Positions 44,675 through 53,772 of a DNA stretch of 64,000 nt are shown one piece after another (the stretch's first letter is position 1; each line of letters opens with the position of its first letter). The stretch is taken from positions 13,408 through 77,407 of the IMG/VR virus record IMGVR_UViG_3300028591_000019; one strand, 5' to 3'. The notes beneath the pieces are model-generated. The model ran no database searches, was not told the origin of the DNA, and saw nothing but the letters and a program-made list of their open reading frames with translations. The translations under genes were made by a program, and so were the position numbers. Source of the stretch: a virus (lineage: Duplodnaviria; Caudoviricetes).

Positions 44675-45010
44675 ATGAGTGAACTAAAACCTTGCCCATT
44701 TTGCGGTGGAGTTGGGAAGGTCAGTTTCAAAGACTATAAGTTTTATGGTCGAAACGGTTTTGGCGATAAGAAAATTAAATATCGAATACAAGTCATATGT
44801 AACAGGTGTCATTCAAGAGGAAAACCAATTATAACAGATTGGTTAATCAATCCCAATCCGTATATAAGCAAATGGGGGAACTGCGGAGATGGAACATCAC
44901 AAGAAGGTTCAAAGCAGACATCTATGTTTAAGCCATATGTCGAGCAAGCAATCGAAGCATGGAACAGGAGAGCGAACGATGAAATACTTGGTTGTAACGA
45001 AAAACTATAA
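44675..45010 (+). CDS. Lar-family restriction alleviation-like protein
   Basis: MSELKPCPFCGG...ICNRC...AIEAWNRR. Confidence 0.75.
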   Translation: MSELKPCPFCGGVGKVSFKDYKFYGRNGFGDKKIKYRIQVICNRCHSRGKPIITDWLINPNPYISKWGNCGDGTSQEGSKQTSMFKPYVEQAIEAWNRRANDEILGCNEKL

Positions 45011-45236
45011 TAAAGAGCTGTTTTCGGCAATAGATATAGACGATTTGCTGTTGTTTTTAGCACAGTATTTCGGGAATGATAAACGTAAACCAGTTCTGCG
45101 ATGTGGAATTAATGGTTGCAACACGATTGATGAAAAGGTCGAAATGTATAATGCGCTTACTTACTTTGACGATGATAAGATAAAGCAGATTTATGAAATA
45201 GGAGAACATATATATGGAGAAGCGAATGATGGATAA
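44979..45236 (+). CDS. Hypothetical protein
   Basis: MKYLVVTK... Confidence 0.5.
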   Translation: MKYLVVTKNYNKELFSAIDIDDLLLFLAQYFGNDKRKPVLRCGINGCNTIDEKVEMYNALTYFDDDKIKQIYEIGEHIYGEANDG

Positions 45237-45540
45237 ATACGAAAAGATTGTATGGGCATTGCGTGAATGCTGTGGTGATGGAAGCGATGAAGCCCAGTTT
45301 TGCGACTGCGATTCGTGTCCGTATAAAGAGTATATCGAGGAACATGATTGCTACACCGATTATACAAAATGCGGAGACAAGGTTGGCAGAGATGCCGCCG
45401 ATGCAATCGAAGAACTTGTGCAACTTTGTGCAAACTTGCACGAAGAACTTGTGCAAACTCGCACAAACCTTACACTTATGGACGGATGTGATTGCTTGGA
45501 TGGCGTTGCCAATGCCGTGGAACAAGAAAGGAGGCTCTGA
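45214..45540 (+). CDS. Hypothetical protein
   Basis: ALRECC...CDSCPY...DAADAIEEL. Confidence 0.6.
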   Translation: MEKRMMDKYEKIVWALRECCGDGSDEAQFCDCDSCPYKEYIEEHDCYTDYTKCGDKVGRDAADAIEELVQLCANLHEELVQTRTNLTLMDGCDCLDGVANAVEQERRL

Positions 45541-45663
45541 ATGATACATCATTATCTGACAACATATTATGAAGATGGGAAACGGTATGCTGAAGCTTGG
45601 ATGCAGTTCAATATCTTCGGTCTGTGCTTTTGTTTCTCTAAGAGAAGAAAGGAAATATGAGCG

Positions 45664-45906
45664 ATGCAGACGAATGAAGCAATTGACGTTCTGCGGGAGC
45701 ATGAAGGGAAATGGTTGATGGCTACAGAGATGGCTATCTCCGCATTGGAGAGAAATGTCCCAAAGAAACCTGTGGAAACGAAGAAATATGCCGACCTGTA
45801 TCTTGGGTTCTGCCCAATCTGTATGGATGGTAGCAATTCTAAGTTTAACTATTGTTGTAAATGCGGACAAAGATTGGATTGGGGAGAGGGGAATCAAGAT
45901 GTATAG
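45664..45906 (+). CDS. Zn-ribbon hypothetical protein
   Basis: PKKP...CPIC...YCCKCGQRLDW. Confidence 0.65.
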   Translation: MQTNEAIDVLREHEGKWLMATEMAISALERNVPKKPVETKKYADLYLGFCPICMDGSNSKFNYCCKCGQRLDWGEGNQDV

Positions 45907-46084
45907 AGAAGAAATGAAGCCTTGTCCTTTCTGCGGTGGGAAACCAGAACTCATACCGCTTCTTGCTAATGAATGTTTTATCAAATGCAAGAAGTGCAAG
46001 ATAGAACAGGGTAACATATATCACAGTAAGAAATCCGCTATAACAGCATGGAACAGGAGAAAATCAGATGGCGATGTGCAGTAA
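45899..46084 (+). CDS. Lar-family restriction alleviation-like protein
   Basis: MKPCPFCGG...IKCKKC...AITAWNRR. Confidence 0.75.
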   Translation: MYREEMKPCPFCGGKPELIPLLANECFIKCKKCKIEQGNIYHSKKSAITAWNRRKSDGDVQ

Positions 46085-46424
46085 AGAAGAACCCTGTGTC
46101 GCAAAGACGAACTGGGGATACTGTAGGCTGAAGGGAACACGGATAGAACGCAACACAAAGGAGATAGAGATGGCGAAAGGGAAATACAAAGTCAAGTTTG
46201 CTTGGAAAAAGTTTGAGCATCAGTTCCTTATTGTTCCGACAATCGGAATAATTACCTATAATCAAGCCGAATGGGATTGGTACGAATACATCCCATCCTT
46301 TGCAGTATCTTTTGCGTGGCTGTGCTTTGGATTCAAGATAGAACTGGATGCATTGTCGGCATTCGCAGACGGTCTTCCCTGTCACCGCAGAGAAACCATG
46401 CTGAACGTAGAAGTTAAGAACTGA
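46068..46424 (+). CDS. Hypothetical protein
   Basis: 118 aa. Confidence 0.45.
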   Translation: MAMCSKEEPCVAKTNWGYCRLKGTRIERNTKEIEMAKGKYKVKFAWKKFEHQFLIVPTIGIITYNQAEWDWYEYIPSFAVSFAWLCFGFKIELDALSAFADGLPCHRRETMLNVEVKN

Positions 46425-46450
46425 AACATGAAAAAAAGGAGTATAAATAT

Positions 46451-46684
46451 ATGAAACAGTTTCTTGCAGAGCATCTTTCAACGTGGGCGGGTATGTTTTG
46501 CCTTGCTATGTACATTTTCAAGAACAATATCTGGTGGGCAATCGGCTTCATTGCAATGTTCCTTGTCAATACATTCTTCCGTCTGTATAAACACGCCCAG
46601 TTCACCGTATTCACACAGAAACAGCGTGAAGAGTTCGAGCGAGAGTGTGCGGCTTCTTCCGCACGGCAAATGACAGGCAAATAA
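46451..46684 (+). CDS. Small two-helix membrane protein
   Basis: Two hydrophobic segments; last plus-strand gene. Confidence 0.55.
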   Translation: MKQFLAEHLSTWAGMFCLAMYIFKNNIWWAIGFIAMFLVNTFFRLYKHAQFTVFTQKQREEFERECAASSARQMTGK

Positions 46685-46875
46685 CAGTCAAGTAAACTGG
46701 GCTTAATAAAGATTTCTAAGCTATTTAATATATTCATGCGTAAAGTTATAGGTCTAAGCAGTTAAAACGCATGAGAAATCTTAATAAGGAGAATATGCAC
46801 TGGTCAAGAAGATGTTCACCCCGTGTTTTTCTTTTGTACGGAAACGTGTAGTCAAATAGCCGTCAAATAAAACAA

Positions 46876-46903
46876 GAGACGCTATGCAAAAACATAACGT
46901 CTC
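46876..46903 (-). terminator. Terminator-like hairpin between convergent operons
   Basis: GAGACG...CGTCTC stem with T-rich tail on minus. Confidence 0.5.
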
Positions 46904-47054
46904 CTAAGATTATATCAGCACGTGGCTGTATAATAACTGCCAATTGCCTGTCTATACGTCCTAGGATGTCATATAGATAACGGGACTTACTGTTGGCATA
47001 CTTGTTTCTTCGTAATGATTATAACGGGTTCGCCGTCATCGCTCAAGAAAACGC

Positions 47055-47498
47055 TCATAGTGTCACAAGATAGAGGAAGTCTCCTCGACCGCTTCTGCTG
47101 TTGCCGTAACAATATCCTTGTATATATGTTGCTCCACCCGCCACAAATGAAACATTATTGTAGGTGTTGTATCTGCCGACCGAGTTTGTAGAACCAGTAT
47201 TCTGATACTGCGAATCGTTCACATACAATCTCCATCTGCAATAGGTAATGTAGTTACCGCTTCCCGCTGTGTTCATATTACTGGTTGCCAACACATAGAT
47301 ATTCCCAGTAAATGACTTCTTGCAGTAGAACTGCCTAGATGTCGAATCATACGAAAAGTATTCTGGGTTGAAGCTTTCTTTAACATTCGTTGACGGTATC
47401 GTGTATGTGCTTCCGCTCATTTGACCGTAGAATGCAAGAACTGGCAACCCTGTTAAATCTGTTAAAGAAGCCTGTGGTACGTTAATAATTCCTGTCAT
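47055..47498 (-). CDS. Small beta-rich tail-tip-like protein, type A copy 2
   Basis: MTGIINV...EYFSYD...LYVN; parallels 50879-51316. Confidence 0.55.
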   Translation of the reverse strand: MTGIINVPQASLTDLTGLPVLAFYGQMSGSTYTIPSTNVKESFNPEYFSYDSTSRQFYCKKSFTGNIYVLATSNMNTAGSGNYITYCRWRLYVNDSQYQNTGSTNSVGRYNTYNNVSFVAGGATYIQGYCYGNSRSGRGDFLYLVTL

Positions 47499-47502
47499 AT
47501 CT

Positions 47503-47934
47503 TTAAGCTGTTGCGGTCATAAAGAAACCGCATTGTGTTCCGCACGTTCCGCTACCGTCAATCGTTACCGTCATTACGAACGTATCTCCTGCCTTAAAAC
47601 TCGCAGTCGCAGACGATGTTCCGCTACCAGTTGCTGTAACTGTCCCGCTTACTATCGTTGTTGTTGTGCCAGACGATGTCTTCTTAAAAGAATAATCTAC
47701 GCTTCGACCAGAACCGCCAGAACCCTGTCTATAGCTTCCCTTTCCGTATACAACAATATCGGCAGAGAAGTCTTTCAGTACAGTAAACGTGCCAGACGAA
47801 TAGGATAAGTAATCATGGGCATATCCGTAAACCGTATTGTTCCATGTCGCAGATGACGTAGTGGATTCTCTCCCGTAATAGCAAATCAACCCTTCAAAAT
47901 TCAAGCCACCTAGCGGAATAAATCCAGTTGCCAT
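47503..47934 (-). CDS. Small beta-rich tail-tip-like protein, type B copy 2
   Basis: YAHDYLSYSSGTFTVLKDF...SFKAGDT; clear paralog of 51313-51756. Confidence 0.6.
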   Translation of the reverse strand: MATGFIPLGGLNFEGLICYYGRESTTSSATWNNTVYGYAHDYLSYSSGTFTVLKDFSADIVVYGKGSYRQGSGGSGRSVDYSFKKTSSGTTTTIVSGTVTATGSGTSSATASFKAGDTFVMTVTIDGSGTCGTQCGFFMTATA

Positions 47935-47937
47935 ACA

Positions 47938-48180
47938 TTATTGCTCCTGCGGTTCGTCTTCTGGAATTACTATCCTGTTATCTACTGCGCTGTCACGAAC
48001 CATTCCATTCGCATCTATAACCATGCATTGCACATAATCAATCGTTGGCACATGACCGTATCCATATGCTCCAAGGTATGCGTGGAAGCCTTGACGAGCG
48101 GCTTCAAGCGTTTCGTGTACAACGACTCCTTTCGTGTATACCCCATCTGTTGACCTTTGAACTTGCACAAGAAAAAACAT
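47938..48180 (-). CDS. Small tail-module hypothetical protein
   Basis: 80 aa. Confidence 0.6.
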   Translation of the reverse strand: MFFLVQVQRSTDGVYTKGVVVHETLEAARQGFHAYLGAYGYGHVPTIDYVQCMVIDANGMVRDSAVDNRIVIPEDEPQEQ

Positions 48181-48197
48181 ATCATCTCTCTCCCCTA

Positions 48198-49475
48198 TTA
48201 ATTATCTTTCTTTATTAGCAAAACATTCGCTGTTGTCGCTGACGAACACGTTCCGTTTAGAACAAGAGAACCGCTCGATGTTGTCCAGTTAATCTGTGAA
48301 GTAATAGCTGACGGATTCGCAAACACACAGTTTGCGACAACATGGTCTGCCGTAATGCTTGCATCCGTGACAGTAGCAAAGTCTCCTGTCGTTGCTGAAC
48401 ACGCAACACTTGCAAAGTACAAATTACTGCTTGAAGAACTGGATGCTGTTTCGGCATTTGTCCATATCCTTATCTCTCCATTTGAATAGTAATATATTGG
48501 ATGCTCAACGGTTAAATTTATATTTGTAGCGTTATATGCCATGCCTAAGAAGATATAGACTTTCCCGTCTTCACTACTTGGCAATGATTGCGTATACCCA
48601 TCCATTTTTACCCCGCCGCCAGTTTGCGGAGTGCATTGCAGGTATACTGGCGCAGGATAGTTTAGCGTTAAAGCAGAACCAGTTGTATTAAATGAATAAC
48701 CCAACAGCAACGCATATTGTTGATAAAGAACCCCATTAGCAATATTGCTCCCCGCCGTCTGTGTCCCATTAGCGGTGCAATATAAAATCGCACCAAACGG
48801 GTCAATCGTTCTTGTGTTTGGTGTCCTAGCCGCCGTTGCGTTAGTAGCTGTAGATGTGTTTGCGGGTACTAAGCTTTCGCCGTCAAGAGATGTAAACCAC
48901 AATCTGTACCTATATCCAGTATCGGCGGCTGTAAGCCCATAATAAAACGGGCGCAAATAGATTGTGTCTGTAGAATCAAATCCTTTGTAACAAACCCAAC
49001 AACCACCCGAAACTCTTGTCGAGTCATAAATAAACATCATTGTATAGTTGATGTTAAATATTGTAGATTCTGCTGTTGCCGCCGCCAGATTGTTATAAAC
49101 AGGCTTCGCACCAAGTCCATTAATATTGATAGTGAATCCCGCCGCCGATGTTACAACACCGTTCTTTAAAACGACACACACGCCATCATAATAGGAATCT
49201 AATCCATCAATAGTTGCCGTGAATACAGTAGAAGTACTTGTGCTATCAACTGCACCATAAAGAACCCCGTTTGACATCGTTGCGTTCCCGTTAGCAACTG
49301 GAGAATTAGCATACGTTGCAGTTCCTGTTGCTTGTACTCCAGACGCTAAATGAAAAGACTTTCCAGACACAACGTCTTCTGCTGTAGCAGTATCTCCAGT
49401 TAAATCTATAATTGTATCGTTGCCGTATACTACTTTATTGACAGCCATATATGCGTTCTCCTTATGACGGAGCAA
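48198..49475 (-). CDS. Tail fibre-like protein
   Basis: MAVNKVVYGNDTIIDLTGD start shared with the neighbour; T/S/G-rich mosaic body. Confidence 0.7.
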   Translation of the reverse strand: MLRHKENAYMAVNKVVYGNDTIIDLTGDTATAEDVVSGKSFHLASGVQATGTATYANSPVANGNATMSNGVLYGAVDSTSTSTVFTATIDGLDSYYDGVCVVLKNGVVTSAAGFTININGLGAKPVYNNLAAATAESTIFNINYTMMFIYDSTRVSGGCWVCYKGFDSTDTIYLRPFYYGLTAADTGYRYRLWFTSLDGESLVPANTSTATNATAARTPNTRTIDPFGAILYCTANGTQTAGSNIANGVLYQQYALLLGYSFNTTGSALTLNYPAPVYLQCTPQTGGGVKMDGYTQSLPSSEDGKVYIFLGMAYNATNINLTVEHPIYYYSNGEIRIWTNAETASSSSSSNLYFASVACSATTGDFATVTDASITADHVVANCVFANPSAITSQINWTTSSGSLVLNGTCSSATTANVLLIKKDN

Positions 49476-50058
49476 CAGTACCGATTGTTACAGTCTTACC
49501 ACCCGCCGCATTATCTGTTTCCGTGTACGCAATTGCGTTAACAGTTACTTGCGTATAGTAATCGTAATCGCCATCACCAGACGGTAAATATGTCTTTGCC
49601 GTTGTGTATGGAGTTACAGTTTTTGCCGTTGCCTTTTGGTCACCAGAACCAGTATATGTTCCTATTACACCAAGAATCGGAACGCCGTTCCTAATATTCC
49701 CCGCAATTATCTTTGCCTGTTCCGTAGAATCGATACTAACCGTCCCAGTACCGTCATGGTATCCGTTCTGAATCGTGTATGTCCCCGCAACTGTTGAAAT
49801 CGTACCCGATACCGAACCACGATTCGGCATTGTGCCAGTCAGTTCAACACCATTCTTATACGCTGTCTTTCCTGCAAGGATTTCAGCCGCTGTAGCTGTC
49901 GCATCGGAAGTATCCGCATCGTAAGTACACGTTCCTGTGCTTGTTGCACCGCTTGGAAGATGAAATATCTTCCCTTCTAATACATCGGACGCTGTTACGT
50001 CATCGCCTGTTAGGTCAATAAGCGTCTGATTGCCGAATATAACCTTATTGATAGCCAT
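49462..50058 (-). CDS. Tail fibre-associated protein
   Basis: MAINKVIFGNQTLIDLTGD, GKTAY...GTMPN...GYHDG, GGKTVTIG. Confidence 0.7.
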   Translation of the reverse strand: MAINKVIFGNQTLIDLTGDDVTASDVLEGKIFHLPSGATSTGTCTYDADTSDATATAAEILAGKTAYKNGVELTGTMPNRGSVSGTISTVAGTYTIQNGYHDGTGTVSIDSTEQAKIIAGNIRNGVPILGVIGTYTGSGDQKATAKTVTPYTTAKTYLPSGDGDYDYYTQVTVNAIAYTETDNAAGGKTVTIGTVAPS

Positions 50059-50076
50059 ATCTATCAGTTATCTCCC

Positions 50077-50544
50077 TTATCCTATAGTTGCGGTTTCCCC
50101 GCCCTTAATATTGCTGACTTCCGTCAGAGGTATAGACAATACAGTTACGTCATCGTCCATAACAAGGTTCTGCGTTTCCATTGTCTGTTCATATGTTCTT
50201 GGTGTTGCGCTGTAAGACCCCATATAATGCTCGTATTCACCGCCGCCGCCCGTAGAAGAGACGATATCTCCCTTCCACATAGCTACCATCGTGGACTGGT
50301 TGCTTCCCATCCATATGCACCATACGGCATCTCCGACAGATGCATCGGATAGCGATGATGCGTATGGAATACGCATTTCATAGTCATCAAAAGCGTCCTT
50401 AACCCCTATCTTTCCGTCAGACGGGGCAGACGATACCATATACAGTTTCGACCGCATACAGTTGTCTGTCATCCGCTTCGTAACGGACTCGATAATAGGG
50501 GTTAAGTTCTTCGCTATCTTTACTGCTTCTGCGTTAGTGTTCAT
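50077..50544 (-). CDS. Tail/baseplate-associated protein
   Basis: C-terminal DVTVLSIP...GGETATIG parallels the end of 49462-50058. Confidence 0.55.
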   Translation of the reverse strand: MNTNAEAVKIAKNLTPIIESVTKRMTDNCMRSKLYMVSSAPSDGKIGVKDAFDDYEMRIPYASSLSDASVGDAVWCIWMGSNQSTMVAMWKGDIVSSTGGGGEYEHYMGSYSATPRTYEQTMETQNLVMDDDVTVLSIPLTEVSNIKGGETATIG

Positions 50545-50550
50545 TGCACC

Positions 50551-50856
50551 TTATTTCTTGGCTGTCGGTTCTTTCTTCTGAAGAAGCTGAACGATATTGT
50601 CGTATGTTCCGTTCGCCGCTACCGTAACAACGATTGCATTAACGAAAGCGATGCATACAGACTCTGCCGTCAGACCTACCGTGAAGTGTGTACCAAGGAT
50701 AATCCCGACAAGTGCCACAACATAGGCAATTACTTGAACAGGAATCTTTTTGAACCACTCCCACTCAATCTGTTTTACAAACTGAGTCACCATCGTTACG
50801 AGAAGTGTCGCTCCTGCGTTAGTCGCAAGGTATTCCCAAGTAAAAAATCCTTCCAT
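50551..50856 (-). CDS. Putative holin
   Basis: 101 aa, two to three hydrophobic helices, basic C-tail. Confidence 0.6.
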   Translation of the reverse strand: MEGFFTWEYLATNAGATLLVTMVTQFVKQIEWEWFKKIPVQVIAYVVALVGIILGTHFTVGLTAESVCIAFVNAIVVTVAANGTYDNIVQLLQKKEPTAKK

Positions 50857-50878
50857 TTCTATCCATTCCTTTCTTATG

Positions 50879-51316
50879 TTATGAAGCCAATCTAATTCCC
50901 ATGCCGCCAGTTATATACCCAGAAGTGCTTCCGTGGCATCTATACTGGACTGTGTCTCCTGCGCTTAATGAAACCGTAACAGACGCAAATGTATTTGTAC
51001 TTGTTGGTGCTGACCTCGTCCAAGTTCCTACAGTAGTTCCGTTCACACGCACCTCGCACGTTCCAGTATTCGATGACCCAGTATTCTGGTTATACATCTG
51101 GTTCATAAACGGGTCTATAACCACGTTACACCCCTGTAACGCAGTAAAAACTCCGTCTGCATATGAAAAATAATCATTGTTATAGACAACACGCAAATAG
51201 TTGTCTGGCGTTATCCATGCATTAGCCGTAGAACCATGCCCCATATACACGGCAATCGGAGCATCCGTCATATCTGCTCCTGCGCCATATGCTGATACAT
51301 TCGTAATTCCTATCAT
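50879..51316 (-). CDS. Small beta-rich tail-tip-like protein, type A copy 1 (C1q/TNF-like)
   Basis: DYFSYADGVFT...VRVNG...VSLSAGDTVQ. Confidence 0.55.
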   Translation of the reverse strand: MIGITNVSAYGAGADMTDAPIAVYMGHGSTANAWITPDNYLRVVYNNDYFSYADGVFTALQGCNVVIDPFMNQMYNQNTGSSNTGTCEVRVNGTTVGTWTRSAPTSTNTFASVTVSLSAGDTVQYRCHGSTSGYITGGMGIRLAS

Positions 51317-51756
51317 GTTGACCTCATCGTAATCATGAATCCCGCATCGACCAGATAAGTGTTCACAGTATGCGCCGCAGTAATCCGAACCGTGTCTCCT
51401 GCCTTAAAAGAATATGAAAACGCATCTGGTGTTCCATTCCCCGTATATGTGATTGTCCCAGAACTTACAGTAGTCGTTCTCACTAGAAACGTATATGTAA
51501 GCGGGAAATTGCCGCTACCTCCAGACGAACCATTTCTCGTTCCGCTTCCGACAATCCTCACGTTGCCAGTAAAGTCTTTTAAAACGGTAAAAACACCACC
51601 GCTGTAAGAGAAATAGTCGTGGCTATACGCATAGCTTGCGTTTGTTGCGGGGATTCCGTCCGCTCCTGCGGCTCTTCTGCCCCAATACCAACAGACAACA
51701 TCCCCAGAAGACAGCCCCGTATTTACTGGATTCATTCCGTTCGTCTTCCCTAGCAT
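51313..51756 (-). CDS. Small beta-rich tail-tip-like protein, type B copy 1
   Basis: YSHDYFSYSGGVFTVLKDF...SFKAGDT. Confidence 0.6.
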   Translation of the reverse strand: MLGKTNGMNPVNTGLSSGDVVCWYWGRRAAGADGIPATNASYAYSHDYFSYSGGVFTVLKDFTGNVRIVGSGTRNGSSGGSGNFPLTYTFLVRTTTVSSGTITYTGNGTPDAFSYSFKAGDTVRITAAHTVNTYLVDAGFMITMRST

Positions 51757-51768
51757 CTGTTGCTCTCC

Positions 51769-52626
51769 TTACTTATGTACAAGGATAGAAACGATATTCG
51801 GTGTCGTGGTATTGTCTTTTGCCCAGATATATACGTTATCTGAACCGCAATCGCACACAGGGCTGAACACACCAGACGTTGCGGATACGACATCGTACAC
51901 GACTTCTGCAAACATAGACGATGTCACTCCCGAACAAGAGATAGCGTACCGATAAGGATAATCGCTATTCGGGTCTACTGCCGTATTCGGGTTGTTTGTC
52001 GGAGAAGGAATCGTGGGAGACGTAAACTTCAATACGGTAGTGATGTTATCATCCAATGCTTCCCCGTCTACCGTTCTTGTAACAGGAACAGCCCCGATAT
52101 TCGCAGGAGTCGGATACGGATGAACGTGGTCTGCCCTTGAAAGATTGCTTGCAGTACCCGCACTAGCTGTAGAAGCCAACGGTAAAGCCGCTGTATCACT
52201 CGCTGTTCCCGTACCGTCTGTTCCGAATCTGGAAACCGTATAAATCTGAATCGGACTGCTGTTCTGGAAAGTAATTGTCGTTCTAACCCACAAATAACTG
52301 CCTTGCGGAACAGTCGGAACAGAAGAAGACCATGCTCCAGTCGGTACGTTTGTCCCACTTGTCCCCACTTGGTACTCAATTTCTTGAGAAGTAATGGTCG
52401 GTGGGCTTCCTGTGCTTCCCGTGTCTCCTTTATCTCCCTTATCTCCCTTAGAGACAAGCAATCCCCAAAATTCTCCCGCAACAGGGGTAACACCCTGTAC
52501 GGGTTGCAAGGCAATGAACGCAGAGCCACCGTAAGTTACGACATCAAGCCTAGAATAAGACGTAGAAGGGGAATATACCCCTTTCGGTGTCATCATTACC
52601 TTGCCTAAATTGACAGTTGTTGCCAT
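51769..52626 (-). CDS. Tail fibre protein with short collagen-like segment
   Basis: GDKGDKGDTG, PTGAWSSSVPTVPQGSYLWVRT, ADHVHP motifs. Confidence 0.75.
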   Translation of the reverse strand: MATTVNLGKVMMTPKGVYSPSTSYSRLDVVTYGGSAFIALQPVQGVTPVAGEFWGLLVSKGDKGDKGDTGSTGSPPTITSQEIEYQVGTSGTNVPTGAWSSSVPTVPQGSYLWVRTTITFQNSSPIQIYTVSRFGTDGTGTASDTAALPLASTASAGTASNLSRADHVHPYPTPANIGAVPVTRTVDGEALDDNITTVLKFTSPTIPSPTNNPNTAVDPNSDYPYRYAISCSGVTSSMFAEVVYDVVSATSGVFSPVCDCGSDNVYIWAKDNTTTPNIVSILVHK

Positions 52627-52657
52627 TTCTTAATATTCCCCTCTATATATTCTTGAT

Positions 52658-53020
52658 TTATCCCTTATCGCTCTCATCTGGTATGTCGTTCTTGGCTAAC
52701 TCATCGTACTTATGCGATGCAACCTCTACGACACCCTTCTTTACCGTTTCCACGCTCTTAATCGCCGCCATAGACAGCAATTCTACGCTCGTAAAATCGA
52801 ACCATTTCTGTATAAGCGTGTCGGAAACCTCATCCCCGTAGTAACTCAAGAACAAAACAGCAAGTGCGAACACGATATTCAGCACGATAACGAGTACAAC
52901 TATCTTCTTGCTGTATCTCGGCTGTTTTTCTGCTGATTCCGCATTTACTTCACCAGTTCCGTGTACTGTGGCTTCCCTGTTATGCATCCTCTGCCCCTCG
53001 GTGTCTCTATCCAGTACCAT
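52658..53020 (-). CDS. Membrane protein, holin-like
   Basis: SKKIVVLVIVLNIVFALAVLFL plus a second helix; directly after endolysin; start uncertain (about 52987). Confidence 0.5.
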   Translation of the reverse strand: MVLDRDTEGQRMHNREATVHGTGEVNAESAEKQPRYSKKIVVLVIVLNIVFALAVLFLSYYGDEVSDTLIQKWFDFTSVELLSMAAIKSVETVKKGVVEVASHKYDELAKNDIPDESDKG

Positions 53021-53703
53021 CCCGTGTCCTCATCCGTCTCAAGATAGGGTAATTTATCCCCTCTGTGCGCTGTAATGCCGATTTTAGGATAAATCGTACC
53101 CGCTCCCGTCCGAATAATGACAGAACCACCCTTAACAAGCACATACGGTGGCTTGACCGTAATCGGCTCTTCACTTCCATTCGTCAGAACCATCATCGTA
53201 TGCCCGTTCCCGACATACACATCGCCAACTTGTGCATAATTGTCGGAATTTGTATGCTTTGAGTCCGTAAATTTCTCGAATTTACCCGTCTGCATGAACG
53301 ATTTGACAATGCTCCCCGTATAACCGCTCGGAGCATGGTTCAGACCCGCAAAGATATAGCACGAAACAACGAGAGAAGAACAATCGAAATCACCTTTCCC
53401 CTTGGAGATAGCCATTTCAGCAGTACTTCCTGCTCGAATATAGGATTCTATGGATTTGTACCCTGTCCAACGATTAGGTTGGCTGTATCCGTAGTTGCGA
53501 TTGTCGCAAATCAAGCGCATATATCGTGCCGCCCTCTCTGCCATACTCTTATCCTTGCAACGAAGTACGGTATGCCACCCGTTTGTACGGACATAGAACT
53601 TCCTTGTCGCTATTTCTTTGCCTGTCTGGTCACCCGCAATAGCACCGTCAACTCCGATGCCACCGTTTTCGTCCATAACAGCGTGTCCTATTGTGACTGC
53701 CAT
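52945..53703 (-). CDS. Endolysin, NlpC/P60-like Cys-His catalytic domain plus SH3b-like binding domain
   Basis: YGYSQPNRW, DFDCSSLV, GDVYVGNGHT; C-terminal IRTGAGT...GWY. Confidence 0.82.
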   Translation of the reverse strand: MAVTIGHAVMDENGGIGVDGAIAGDQTGKEIATRKFYVRTNGWHTVLRCKDKSMAERAARYMRLICDNRNYGYSQPNRWTGYKSIESYIRAGSTAEMAISKGKGDFDCSSLVVSCYIFAGLNHAPSGYTGSIVKSFMQTGKFEKFTDSKHTNSDNYAQVGDVYVGNGHTMMVLTNGSEEPITVKPPYVLVKGGSVIIRTGAGTIYPKIGITAHRGDKLPYLETDEDTGWYWIETPRGRGCITGKPQYTELVK

Positions 53704-53758
53704 GTTCTATAATCCTTTCCGCAGTATCCCGTCATGCTAATATCCCTAATTGTCTTAT

Positions 53759-53767
53759 ATTATAGCA
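53759..53767 (-). promoter_or_regulatory. Extended -10 element upstream of endolysin
   Basis: TGCTATAAT on minus in the 70-nt intergenic gap. Confidence 0.4.
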
Positions 53768-53772
53768 TAAAA

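Noticed and set aside
46847-46872. Possible eleventh motif copy (TGTAGTCA)
   Set aside because: One mismatch in the first box and no GTGACTC at 11 nt
47055-52626. Diversity-generating retroelement or invertible shufflon acting on fibre genes
   Set aside because: No reverse transcriptase, no adenine-specific template/variable repeat pair noticed, no adjacent invertase, and all genes are co-oriented; cannot exclude elements outside the window
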